DNA from: Eledone cirrhosa
Lineage: Eukaryota
Direction of reading: 5' to 3'
DNA: 64,000 nt
Assembly (NCBI GenBank): GCA_964016885.1
Contig: OZ024757.1
Coordinates: 40,424,001-40,488,000 of the forward strand
The position numbers and the translations under genes were made by a program. Under the pieces are notes generated by a model that had not been told where the DNA came from, ran no database searches, and was given only the letters and a program-made list of their open reading frames with translations. Shown in pieces: positions 38,246 through 53,015 of this stretch; within the stretch, counting starts at the first letter, position 1; each line of letters opens with the position of its first letter.

Positions 38246-39003
38246 TGGGAGTTTCGTAAAATCGAAGCTTCGGTTGCAGCCAAGCCAACGAAATACAATG
38301 AGGAATTATGCAGCCCAGCACTCCATGAGGAATTTCAGAGTAATAACATTTGTTAGACGCCATGACAAATTGAAAACAGTGGCAGGCAAGCCTGGCCACG
38401 ACACCGAAGCAACGAAAAAACTAACAGCTTAATAAAAAACAAACCTCGACCTTCTCGGAAGCAGAGTGTCGTTTCTCCGATAGGTTTCTATGAACCCATA
38501 CTTCAACAATACTACTTGCCCAAATAAGCAGGTTTTTGGTGTTGGAAGACCGAATTGAGGATTTATGTTATCAACAGGTTTCTGTTCTGTGACTTGACCC
38601 GGTGAGGTATGAAATAGCAAGCCACTGTTGTTAACAGTGGCTAATGCCTCAACTATCACGTGCTTTTTCCCAACAAGGGAAATAACCCCGGGTTTTTAGC
38701 GGGCAAATTCAAAATGTGAACAAGGGAAGCGTGTGTTCCCTGCATAAACCGAATAAGAAGCACTCGACCAGGCGTTATTAAACAAACATAAATAATTGAG
38801 CAATCAACGGAATTGTCTAATTAAATTAGTTAATTAATTATTAGGCCTCGGAGATAATAATACAAATGGAAGTTTAGTCAAATGGGAGCTTCGACTGTAA
38901 CCAAGCCAACGGAATATAATTAGGAATTATGCGCCCAAGCACTCCATAAGAAGGCTCAGAGTAATAACATTCTTAGATGGTTATACATTGAAAACTGTGG
39001 CAG
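38246..39003. repeat. Pair of diverged ~140-bp direct repeats (38246-38384 and 38866-39003)
   Basis: Shared CCAAGCCAACG..ATA.AAT.AGGAATTATGC..CC.AGCACTCCAT..G...TCAGAGTAATAACATT...TTGAAAAC.GTGGCAG. Confidence 0.75.
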
Positions 39004-39047
39004 TTTATATATATAAATACACACACATATATCTATCATATCATCAT

Positions 39048-39158
39048 TAAATCCCGCCGAGGTTGACTTTGCCTTTCATCCTTACGGGGTCGATAAAATA
39101 AAGTACCAGTAATGTACTGGGTAATTTCTGGCCTTGTGCCAATAGTAGAAACAATTAT
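39048..39158 (+). mobile_element. Deu/Nin-domain-like SINE (5'-truncated)
   Basis: AAATCCCGCCGAGGTTGACTTTGCCTTTCATCCTTACGGGGTCGATAAAATAAAGTACCAG. Confidence 0.85.
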
Positions 39159-39680
39159 GTGCTATCATAATTATTTCTGTGTGTATGTGTGAATGTATTT
39201 GCGTGTATGTATGTTAGTGTGTCAACATATAACTATATGTGTGTCTGTACCTATGTATATGTATATATGTGTGGCTATGACTGCGTGTCTTTATAGCGGC
39301 CAACATCTTGTCTACGGTATCATGTTATAAGTTACGGATGGACAATGGGACAATAATTGCTGTAGAGAGAGATCAAACTGCGTGAAGGTGGATTTAGCCG
39401 AGACAAACTTTCGGACAGTCTAAGATTCCATAGGTTGGCCTCTTAAAAACTAACATGGTGACCTTTACTTGGAGACTTCTAGAAGACAGAAGGTCTTTAG
39501 TGCTGTGTACCTGCTGTGTTCTATTGTAGAAACACACGCAAAGTGAAAACTGGTAATAGAGACTACGAATCTACGGGGCCTGGGAGTTCCTCTCTCTCTC
39601 CCCCTCTCTCTCTCTCGCTCTGTATATATCTATCTCTCTCTCTAAATATATTTGACATTGCCTGTCTCTCTTTATCCCGC

Positions 39681-39732
<52 letters not shown>

Positions 39733-39807
39733 ATATATATATATATATATAAACAAAGAAGGCGTGATAAGATACCAGATGGACACATACACATCCATCA
39801 ACCACTT

Positions 39808-40275
39808 ACACGCAAACACAGAGAAACACACGCAAACACAGAGAAACACACACAAACACAAAGAAACACACGCAAACACAGAGATACACACGCAAACACA
39901 GAGAAACACACGCAAACACAGAGATACACACGCAAACACAAAGATACACACGCAAACACAGAGAAACACACGCAAACACAGAGAAACACACACAAACACA
40001 AAGATACACACGCAAACACAGAGATACACACGCAAACACAGAGAAACACACACAAACACAAAGATACACACGCAAACACAGAGATACACACAGAAACACA
40101 GAGATACACACGCAAACACAGAGATACACACACAGACACAGAGATACACACGCAAACACAGAGAAACACACACAAACACAGAGATACACACACAAACACA
40201 GAGATACACACACAAACACAGAGATACACACACAAACACAGATACACACACAAACACAGATACACACACAAACAC
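39808..40275. repeat. 20-bp minisatellite (ACACAGAGAWACACACRCAA)
   Basis: Direct inspection. Confidence 0.93.
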
Positions 40276-40968
40276 ACGAGCACTCACGCGCAAGTACTTG
40301 TACACGCTTACACAAACACATCTACTCGAGAAAATTCTTTTGCATTCACACCCCGCCCCACACACTTACATACACACTTACATACACATGCATGTACACA
40401 CTTACACATACAGACAGAGGCACACAGATACACACATACACAAAACAGACTCCCAGACACACACATACACACACATACACAATCGCAAACATACATACAC
40501 TGTAATGACATAGTGGGACAGTAAGGTAATAGAGAAGAGCAAGACGAGAGAGAGAGAGGGAGGGTGGAGGGAGAGAGAGAGAGAAATAGTGAGAGGGGGG
40601 GGAGTGAGATAGTGTGAGGGAGAGAGGGAGAGGGGGTGGATGGAGAGAGTGAGAGGGGGTGGAGGGAGAGCGAGAGTGTGGGGGAGAAAGAGAGAATTAG
40701 ATAAAGAACTGGTGATGAAGAAAATGAGGGAGGGAGTAAGTGCTTCTCTCCCTTACCTCCCCCCTCTCTCTCTCTCTCTGTGTGCGTGTGCGGGTGTGTG
40801 TGTAAATACTTGTGTGCGTGTGCGGGTGTGTGTGTAAATACTTGTGTGCGTGTGTGTATGTACATGTGTTTGTATATGCTTTTATATGTGTGTGTGCGAG
40901 AGGGAGAGAGAGTAATTTTGGCTGTGTGTCTGTGCGTGTGTGTGTACAAGATAGATATATAGAGGGAG

Positions 40969-41007
<39 letters not shown>

Positions 41008-41534
41008 GCGTGTGTGAGATGTGTACGTGTGAAGGAGTGTATGTGTTTGTCTGTGTCTGTGTGTGAGAGAATGTGTGTGTGCGTGTCTGTGTGAGGGGTA
41101 TGTGTGCCTGTGTGTATATGTGTATGTGCGTGTGTATGTGTATGTGTGTGTATACGTGTGTGTGCGTGCGTGTATATGTATCTGTGTGTGTGTGTGTGCG
41201 TGTGTGTATATGTGTGTGTGTATGTGTGTGTGTATATGTGTGTGTGTGTATGTGTGTGTGTGTATGTGTGTGTGCTGTAGCTTTTACTCTACGGTGTCAG
41301 GCCATCCAACTCACCGTCAGAGGAGATGTTGTATGTGAAGATATTAAATGATAATTGAGAGCTGTTGTGTGTATCTGTGTGTGTATGTGTGTGTGTGCAT
41401 GTATGTGTGTGTCTGTGCGTGTGACTGTGTATATGGGCCTATGCATATGCAAGTGTGTGAGTTATGTATACGAATGTGACGCATGTATTATATATATATA
41501 AATATATATATATATATACAGTATATACATACAG

Positions 41535-41566
<32 letters not shown>

Positions 41567-41912
41567 TAAAGTTAGTCCTTCATCAGTGATCTTTCAACCA
41601 TCATTGGTATTTCATCGCTTTAAAGATCATATACCTCCGGTTGGTGCGAGCAACGGCTAAAGAATGTCTTTGGGACACGTAAATAAGGGGAACGAGCGAG
41701 AATGTAAAGATACAAAGATGGTAAAGCAACGAAAAGTGAGGAAGAAAGAGTCAAATATATATATAGCAACAGAATTAAGAATAACATGGTCGGCTGTACA
41801 ATAGGGGTTATTTACAGTATTAACAATTGTTTCTTTAATCAGGTGAGTTTAAATGTCGTTGATCGTTAGGAAGTTACGTCACTCGACCTTAATTACAGTT
41901 TATACGCGATCA

Positions 41913-41961
<49 letters not shown>

Positions 41962-42094
41962 AGTGTCGGGACCCCGACGACTGAGCTCTTGCCATTTCAA
42001 CCCCTAATTCCAGATATGTTATAATATAACCATACTCTACTAACCCAAGGATTGACTACTGTTTAGGTCAGCAAATCTATCTCGATAGCAATAC

Positions 42095-42900
42095 GTAGGG
42101 ATGTTGTCCGGGAACTAAGATCACTTAAAGTGTCTAGAGCTACAATTTTGATAAGGGGTCAGTTCACTTCATGAGGATCACTCGTTCTTGTATGTGGCCC
42201 ACGAGACCCTGATATCAGTGAGAAGGGACGTGGTCCGGGGACCAAGATCTCCAGATGTCTTCACTATATAGGTTTGACAAGAAGACAGTCCACTTCACAG
42301 ATCTCACTTCTTAAAGTGTATGTGTGTGATAGCTCACACCTATGCAGGTTTAGCTGGCCCCCTCCAAGGTATATCTCGTTGGAGGTGTCTTGGGTTATTT
42401 AATGATAGGGACCCCAGTCCTATCATCTCATTTCATCAGTTTAGTAAACTGGAGCAACGTGAAATAAAGTGTCTTGCTCAAGGAAACAACACATCTCTCG
42501 GTCTGAGAATTGAACTCACAACCTTTCGATTGCAAGCCCAATGATCTAACCACTAAGCCATGCGCCTTCTTAAAGTGGCCAAACCATAACCTATATTAAT
42601 GAGTAGAAATGTGATCCGGGGACCAAGACCTACACAGGTCGCCACTACCAGAGGTTTGATTAGAAGATTTTCAACACCATGGGTCTCACTCATTCAAGTG
42701 GCCAAATCTACCCCAATTTAGTGAGAATGAGATGGCCCGTGGACCAATAAAACCATACGTATCGAGAGTTATAGGTTAGATAAGAGGACAGTTGACTCTA
42801 GGGGGCTCATTCCTTAAAGGGGCCAGCCACATAACCCTATACTAATGAGTAGGGAGGAGGGCCCGGGGGTCAGTAACACTTGGTATCGACTGCAACAATT
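42095..42900. repeat. Old ~121-127-bp tandem repeat (about 5 units) interrupted by a SINE
   Basis: Recurring CCGGGGACCAAG...AGGTTTGA..AGAAGA...CTCACT..TAAAGTGGCC...AATGAGTAG. Confidence 0.7.
42319..42565 (-). mobile_element. Full-length tRNA-derived SINE with 12-bp target site duplication
   Basis: TSD CTTCTTAAAGTG at 42307-42318 and 42566-42577; tRNA-like head followed by TCCTTGAGCAAGACACTTT on the minus strand. Confidence 0.9.
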
Positions 42901-43111
42901 TCGACTACAAAACACTCGGAAAAACGACCGATATTTCGAAAGCAAGAAAGTTGTAGAATAATTTCAGAATGGAATGAGAGAAGAATTTAGAAGGAAAAGG
43001 AAGAATTTGGCGTAGCGATGATTGAGGAATTACATTGCGAAACTTGTTACACACTGACAATATCATTGACACTCATCTACACTGCATGTGCGGATGTGTA
43101 TCTGCGTGTGT

Positions 43112-43227
<116 letters not shown>

Positions 43228-43340
43228 TGTGTCTGTGTGGGAGGGAGGGGTGCGTGTCTGTGATTTTGTGTCTGTGTGTCTGGTTCTTTCTGAGTCTGTC
43301 TGTTGATGAAAGCGTGTGTTTTTGTGCTTCTCCCTCTCTG

Positions 43341-43438
<98 letters not shown>

Positions 43439-43601
43439 AATATGATGATAATAATGGAGCTGCGGCGTTGCAAATGGGATACATATGAAAAAGTGAGTCC
43501 TTCATCAGTGACCCTCCACGCACACACGTATAAACAATAATTGGGGAATTACCGTAAACAAAATGCCGGAACGAAGACACGAATATATATATATATATGT
43601 A

Positions 43602-43683
<82 letters not shown>

Positions 43684-44007
43684 TATATATATATATGTAA
43701 ATATATATATATATATATATGTAAATATATATATATATATGTAAATATGTGTATATATATATATATATATTTACATATTTACATATATATATATAAATAT
43801 GTATACACATATATATATATAGGTAAATGTATATATATGTAAATATATATATGTGTGTATATAAATATGTATACGTACTTACATATATGTATACAGACGT
43901 ACAGTAGTATGTATATATATATACATACATGCACACATATATATATGTACGTATGGATTCACCGAACTTTTATTATAATGCTCGGTGTGTTTGTAAACAA
44001 ATATATG

Positions 44008-44083
<76 letters not shown>

Positions 44084-44289
44084 CATATATATATATATAT
44101 CAATAAATGTAGAAGAAATTTGTAATATTCTTTAAAAATAATAAATGACAACAAATTGTATAACAACATCTACAAAAAACACAAACAACAGCAGTGTGTA
44201 GTTGTATGCCTGTCTGTATTTAAAATAGCAGACTGTCAAAAGCCGGAACAGAACCACGTGTACTACTTATCCAAAGATTTTACAACTGA

Positions 44290-44398
44290 TAATTATTTCT
44301 ATTTTGGCACAAAGCCATCAATTATTTCAGTGCATTACTGGTACTTTATTTTAGCAACCCCGTAAGGGTGAAAGGCAAAGTTAACCTCGGCGGGATTA
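44290..44398 (-). mobile_element. Deu/Nin-domain-like SINE fragment
   Basis: CTGGTACTTTATTTT...GAAAGGCAAAGTTAACCTCGGCGGGATT. Confidence 0.8.
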
Positions 44399-44677
44399 CA
44401 ACTAATAATGATAATAATATTCTTTTATATAGTATATGTCTCAGCACACGATTTCACATCAATAATCTTACAATACAAAGCCCCCACCTCACTCCAGCCA
44501 AAAATAAATAACCACTACCACCACCAGAAAAGAAATAGTTATAATCCGTTGGTCAGTAAAGACACAATACGAAAAAATATAAAATAGGAAAATTACTGAA
44601 ACCATGGGGTAAATAAGGGCCAAACTTTCACCTGCTGATGCCTTAAAATATATGATATGTTAGGCCTTTTCTTAGTG

Positions 44678-44874
44678 TTAATTCTTTAGCATTTACATTA
44701 ATCTATATATACTATTGTATTTTCACTTAATACCGAATCTACGAGATTTTGATATTATTTATTTTGAGAATAGTGACTTAATGTCAGTATGAGTGGTCAG
44801 TTACAGCCGGTTTGAACAGAAAGAGGTGAGAGAATTATGGCTGGATATAGCCGGTCAAAATGCTAAAAGGTTAA
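44678..44874. mobile_element. TTAA-flanked (piggyBac-like) MITE
   Basis: TTAA-TTCTTTAGCATTT ... AAATGCTAAAAGG-TTAA. Confidence 0.6.
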
Positions 44875-45324
44875 AGAATAAAGACAAATAATAAAAAAAC
44901 AAATACATATTTTTTTTTAAATGAGGCCCAAGCGTGTGGTGCCCTGAACTATAGCATATTTAGTTTATAGGTAAGTCCAGCACTGTCAAGGGGAAAATTT
45001 CGAAAGAGAATGAAGAAATATGAGAGAGTTGTTATACGTGTGTGTAGTCTGAATGAAGAATGGAAAGCCGTCGCAATGACTTTCTGTGTTATGTGTAAAG
45101 GAAGAAGATTTGAAATTGAAGGGAGATAACCGCTAAGGGACAATAAACGTAACGTTACGTTGAAGAGGTACTTTTATAGTAAGAGGAAAGACACACGTTT
45201 TCAGGCAAACAGGCGCGCACACACACACATGCGCACACACACATTCATATATATATGTATATACCAATATATATATAGATATATATAAAACCAAATATAC
45301 ATATACACGTATATGTGTTAAGAA

Positions 45325-46770
<1,446 letters not shown>

Positions 46771-47236
46771 GACTTGGCCGCCACCATATATATATATATA
46801 CATATATATATATACATATATATATGGTGGCTGCCAACTTGTTTTCGAGTACGGCCACTACTTTTTATCCATGTAGGAGAACCCCTACCGACGCGCTGAA
46901 CGAGTGTGACTTTTTAGTCCAGCCAGCGACTTGAAAACTCTGGTACAAACACTACACTTGTGACAATTATTGACACATAGTGCTGGGCCCATGGTACCAT
47001 GTGACGACAAGTGCAGAGAGATCTCCAGATATAAAGCAATGCCTGTGCCGTGAAGCTTTTATAGTGAGCAAAGGCACTGCACAAAGCCAGTCCCACTCTC
47101 TTAACCAAGAGAATATTTACCAAAAAGAAGAACAAGTCAACATCATTGGATACCATCAGGGTTGCAGGTGTTATATCAGAGTTTTATATACATACATATA
47201 TACATATATATATACATATATATTTATATATATATT

Positions 47237-47267
<31 letters not shown>

Positions 47268-47974
47268 ATATATATATATATATATACATATATATATGTA
47301 TATATGTGTGTGTATGTGTGTATACATATATGCGTATATTCCCACACCACACAAAAGAGACATTATTGACTCAAGTGTAAGAGCAAGGTTTTGGAGATTG
47401 CAGGAGAGCAGCTAGATATGGTGAGCAGCGGCCAATGTAGTTGCTGTAGAATGGGAGGTGAGAGGACACAGAAGGTTTGTGAGCCTGTGTCTAGAGAGGA
47501 TATCTTTGCACAGGTACACAGATAGACAGGTCGATAGGTAGGTAGGTAGATAGATAGATAGATTGATAGATAGATTGATAGTTAATATAGAGAAGGAGAT
47601 AGATAGAATTAAGATATATAGAAAGAAGACTCCATCTGATGTTACCACCTGAACTACCACCACCACCACTACTACTGCCACCACTACCTCCTCCACCACC
47701 AATGCGACTAATACCACCACCACCACTACTACTACTGCTAACTCTACAACTACTACCACCAATGCGACTAATACCACCACGACCACTACTACTACTACTA
47801 CGACTACTACTACTATACATTGTTAATCACAGATCGATACACGACAATAATATGTATAGCTGTTGTTCTATTGACTAATTTCACTTCATATACATTTACA
47901 GCTCGTTAATAACACCCCCTCCCACCACACTCCCTCCCACCACACCGCCTTCTAACCTCTCACACTTTCCCTAC

Positions 47975-48160
47975 CTATCTATCTCTCACCCCGTCTCTAT
48001 AAAACTATCTACCTCTCACCCCCTCTCTATATAACTATCTACCTCTCACCCCCTCTCTATATAACTTCCTACCTCTCACCCCCTCTCTATATAACTTCCT
48101 ACCTCTCACCCCCTCTCTATATAGCTATCTGCCTCTCACCCACACTCTATATAACTATTT
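47975..48160. repeat. 30-bp minisatellite (ACCTCTCACCCCCTCTCTATATAACTWYCT)
   Basis: About 6 units. Confidence 0.9.
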
Positions 48161-48579
48161 ACGTATCTATCTCTCTTCCTCATACTCAGTACGGACATAT
48201 TTCTCCCGGAAAGGGGGCCTCGTTCACAGAGAGAAAGAGAGAGGGTGAGGGATCAGTTTAATAAGAGGTGGGCCCCAGGGCATTGACAACCACCGACCTC
48301 TCAATACATCCATCCCTGCGTGTACCCATAACTATATTTGTCTAGAAGCTTAAGATCCGTAGTTCCAGGTGAGTTTATGACCACACTAGATTTCTGCTTT
48401 ACAGGTAAAACTAATTAGTTTTACAATTCGAGTGAACAGGTGCAATGTGAAATAAAATGTCTTGTTCAATTACGTAATTTAGCGGAATACAAATATACTC
48501 ACGAGAAAAACACTCTATATAAAGCAATAGACTTGATGACACAGTATTTGTAAATACATAAATACAATACAAATGTATA

Positions 48580-48613
<34 letters not shown>

Positions 48614-48818
48614 CATATATACTGTTATATATATACTTGTTTGATGTTGAAGGACAGAACAAAAGAGAGACAAAAAATAAAATAATCACAGAGGAGGTCA
48701 CGTAGTGTGTGACAAAAGATCTTTGACAATATATAAACAGCTATCCTGTTATAGTAAAATGAAAACCAACAATTGCTCGTGCTTTTATTGGCCGGTTCAT
48801 CGTGCCAACACAAATACA

Positions 48819-48859
<41 letters not shown>

Positions 48860-49340
48860 TATAGATAGACAGATGTTCGGGTGTGTATTAATATATACAC
48901 AGGTATACGGTTATATATATATGTATGTTTGTAAGTATGTATACATATACATCCGTCAATTCGTTCATTCATATATACATATATATACGCATATATACAT
49001 ACATACATCGGCCGATTTAATTAAATACTGATTAAATATGCATTTTGCGAAAAAAAATCAATACTATAAGCACACACACATACAGATATACATACACACA
49101 CACATGAATATGTATGAGTGTTTCTACGTGTGTGCGTGTGTGTGTTTTCTGTGCGGGTGTGTGTATTTGTCTGTGTGTGAGTGTGTATGTGTGTCTGTGT
49201 GTGAGTGTGTATGTGTGTGTGTGTGGGTGTGTGGGTGTGTGTGTGTGTGTGTGTGGGTGTGTCTGTTTGTGTGTGTGTGTGTGTGTCTCAAGCAGTGTTA
49301 ATGACCTTCTGTAACTGCATGCAGTAATTAGACATTGCGC

Positions 49341-50098
49341 ATGTGTGTACATGTGTGTACATGTGTGTGTACATGTGTGTGTACATGTGTGTGTACATGT
49401 GTGTACATGTGTGTACATGTGTACATGTGTGTACATGTGTGTACATGTGTGTACATGTGTGTACATGTGTGTGTACATGTGTGTACATGTGTGTACATGC
49501 GTGTACATGTGTGTGTACATGTGTGTACATGTGTGTACATGTGTGTACATGTGTGTACATGTGTGTACATGTGTACATGTGTGTACATGTGTGTACATGT
49601 GTGTACATGTGTGTACATGTGTACATGTGTGTACATGTGTGTACATGTGTGTACATGTGTGTGTACATGTGTGTACATGTGTGTACATGTGTGTGTACAT
49701 GTGTGTACATGTGCGTACATGTGTGTACATGTGTGTACATGTGTGTACATGTGTGTACATGTGTGTGTACATGTGTGTACATGTGTGTACATGTGTGTAC
49801 ATGTGTGTGTACATGTGTGTACATGTGTGTACATGTGTGTACATGTGTGTACATGTGTGTACATGTGTACATGTGTGTACATGTGTGTACATGTGTGTAC
49901 ATGTGTACATGTGTGTACATGTGTGTACATGTGTGTACATGTGTGTGTACATGTGTGTACATGTGTGTACATGTGTGTGTACATGTGTGTACATGTGCGT
50001 ACATGTGTGTACATGTGTGTACATGTGTGTACATGTGTGTACATGTGTGTACATGTGTGTGTACATGTGTGTACATGTGTGTACATGTGTGTACATGT
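49341..50098. repeat. GTACAT(GT)1-3 satellite, mostly 10-bp units
   Basis: Direct inspection. Confidence 0.97.
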
Positions 50099-50104
50099 CT
50101 ATCT

Positions 50105-50210
50105 ATGTGTAAAATTAATGTTAAAGTTATTTTTATGTAAAACCCCCGCCGTCACGTCTTGTAATGTCCCATCTGTGTACGCCCCTGTGGCAGATAAAGA
50201 GAGATATCTA
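50105..50210 (+). mobile_element. Tx1-like LINE 3' terminus (second copy)
   Basis: Near-identical to the reverse complement of ~4115-4210. Confidence 0.75.
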
Positions 50211-50349
50211 TCTATCTATCTGTCTATATATATATCTGTCTGCCTGTCTGTCTCTCTATGTAGCTATATATCGCGGACAAGCGACAGGGTAGGTTTAATG
50301 AGTGAAAGACAGTGAGAGAGAAAAGGAGAGAGAAAGAGAGAGAGAGAAA

Positions 50350-50470
50350 GATTTCTCCCGAATGAAACAGTTCTAGTCCTGTAGAAGCCATTTCTATATT
50401 AAATATACTCTGCTATGTATTCAGTAGCTTACTTACTGTGGTTACCCCCGATTGAACCCGGGATAAATTT
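50350..50470 (+). mobile_element. Family B element truncated within HHR stem II
   Basis: GATTTCTCCCGAAT-GAAACAGTTCTAGTCCTGTA-GAAG plus a tail homologous to 13298-13366. Confidence 0.8.
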
Positions 50471-50477
50471 ATATATA

Positions 50478-50640
50478 TAACGAAGGAACTGTGGTAAGGA
50501 ACCAGGTGGACCATAACGCACCAGAGTACTCAATACTTAGGGTAGTAGAGTGGGTAATAGGAAAATGTTCCAGAAATGGTCCAGAAATAGCTGTCGAAAC
50601 GGCTTGAGCTCTGCCGTCGGGGTCTTGAACATTTTCCTAT
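50478..50640 (-). mobile_element. Family A element (tail plus one inverted arm)
   Basis: Same sequence as the other family A copies. Confidence 0.85.
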
Positions 50641-50780
50641 ATATATATATATGTGTGTGTGTGTGCGAGTGTGTGTGATGCAGACACAGACTCGGACACA
50701 CAGACACATACACGTAGAGGACAACGTGAACTCTGAGAGGAAGTAAATACCATCTTGTACAACTCCCATACTACATGAAG

Positions 50781-50853
50781 TTTTATATAATTAGCGTTGT
50801 AGCGTTGTAGGAGAGATGACGTCATAACGACATACGTCATACGTCATACGTCA
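50781..50853 (-). promoter_or_regulatory. Candidate CRE cluster plus TATA box
   Basis: TGACGTCA at 50817-50824, three TGACGTA half-sites (50833-50853), and minus-strand TATATAAAA at 50789-50781. Confidence 0.35.
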
Positions 50854-51087
50854 TACGGGTCGTTTCCAGCTAGTGCTGGTCGCTGCACTGTCCTGTGATA
50901 GTAGTAGTGGTAGTAGTGATAGTAGTAGTGGTAGTAGTAGTGGTAGTGGTGGTAGTAGTAGTAGTAGTGGTAGTGGTGGTAGTAGTAGTAGTAAAGGTAG
51001 TAGTAGTAGTAGTAGTAGTAATAGTAGTGGTAGTAGTAACCAGAGTAGTAGTAGTAGTAGTAGTAACCATAGTAGTAGTAGCAGTAA

Positions 51088-51125
<38 letters not shown>

Positions 51126-52197
51126 ATAGTGGTAGTAGTAGCAGTAGTAGTAGTAGTAGCAGTAGTAGTAGTAGCAGCAGTAACAACAACAACATCAATG
51201 GTAGTGAAACCGATACTATTACTACATTTACGTTTTTTACAATTGCATACACATTCATACATACACATACACACATTCATACATACACACACACACACAC
51301 ACATTCATACATACACACACACACAGTCATACATACACACACACACATTCATACATACGCATATACACACATTCATACATACACACACACACGCTTTCAT
51401 ACATACACACATACACATTCATACATACACACACACACGCTTTCATACATACACACATACACATTCATATATACACATATACAGGCTTTCATACATACAC
51501 ACACACACATTCATACATACACACATACACATTCATACATACACATACACACACGCTTTCATACATACACACATACACATATACACGCTTTCATACATAC
51601 ACACATACGCATTCATACATACACACGCACACACATTCATACATACACATATACACGCTTTCATACATACACAGACACACATTCATACATACATATATAC
51701 ACGCTTTCATACATGCACACACACGCATTCATACATACACATATACACGCTTTCATACATACACACACACACATTCATACATACACATATACCCGCTTTC
51801 ATAGATACACACACACACATTCATACATACACATATACACGTTTTCATACATACACACACACATTCATACATACACATATACACGCTTTCATACATACAC
51901 ATACACGCACATTCACACACATTATTAACTAATGTGTGTGAGAGAGAAAAAGAGAGAGAGTAAAAGAGAGAGTGTGTGTGAGAGAGAAAGAGAGGGAGAG
52001 AGAGAAAAAGAGAGAGAGTGTGTGTGTGAGAGAAAGAGAGGGAGAGAGAGCGTGTGTGTGAGAGAAAGAGACGGAGAGAGAAAGAGAAAGAGAGAGAGAA
52101 TGGGAAGAGAGCGAGATAAAGTATGTGTGTGTGTGCGTATATGTCTGTGTGTGTGTGTGTTTGTGTGTTTGTGTGTGTGTGTGTTTGTGTGTGTATT

Positions 52198-52232
<35 letters not shown>

Positions 52233-52262
52233 TGTGTGTTTGTGTGTTTGTTTGTGTGTTTG

Positions 52263-52350
<88 letters not shown>

Positions 52351-52404
52351 AATACGTGTTAATAATTTAGATTAACAAAGATCTTCCTTACAACATTTGT
52401 TTTG

Positions 52405-52850
52405 TCCGGTTACGATTTGAGTTCAAATCCTAGCGAGGTCAGCCTAGACGTTTACTCGTCCGGGATCGATAAATGAAAGTACCAGTAATACACTGGAGTC
52501 TATCTGACTGATTATTTCATTTCAAATTGCTGGCCTTGTGCCAAATGTAGAAACAATATTTTTTGCTCCAGCCCTTTATGTTCTGAGTTCAAATCCTGCC
52601 GGGGTCAGCCTTGTCTTTCACCCTTCCGAGTTCGATAAATTAAAGTACCAGTAACACACTAATTGGATTTATCTTACAACCCCATTTCCTTCAAATTGCT
52701 GGCCTTGTGCCAAAAGAAGAACCATTTTTTGACTCTAGCCCTTTACGATCTGAGTTCAAATCCCACCGAAGTCAACGATGCCCTTCTCCCGTCCGGGGTC
52801 GACAAAATAAAATAAAATAAAGTACCAGTAATACACTGGGGTCGATTTAA
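52405..52850 (+). mobile_element. Three tandem Deu/Nin-domain-like SINE units
   Basis: Three TGAGTTCAAATCC...GATAAA..AAAGTACCAGTAA modules. Confidence 0.85.
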
Positions 52851-52919
52851 TTGTGATACGGATATCTCTTTGATTCATAGTTCGGACTCATTGTTTTTAT
52901 TTGTAAATTTTTTATCCAG

Positions 52920-53015
52920 CTGATTGACTGGAGTAAGGTAAAATAAAGTGTCTTGCTCAAGGACACAACACAGCATGACAGCTTGGGTCTATTCTGGGAA
53001 TCGAACTCAACCGTA
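52920..53015 (-). mobile_element. tRNA-SINE fragment related to 42319-42565
   Basis: AAATAAAGTGTCTTGCTCAAGGACACAACAC...GGAATCGAACTC. Confidence 0.7.

Noticed and set aside
39295-39316. Partial similarity to miR-31 (minus AGACAAGATGTTGGC); also miR-1-like at ~27461, miR-34-like at ~10892 and miR-71-like at 56029
   Set aside because: Seed or 3' mismatches and no complementary star arm; chance matches.
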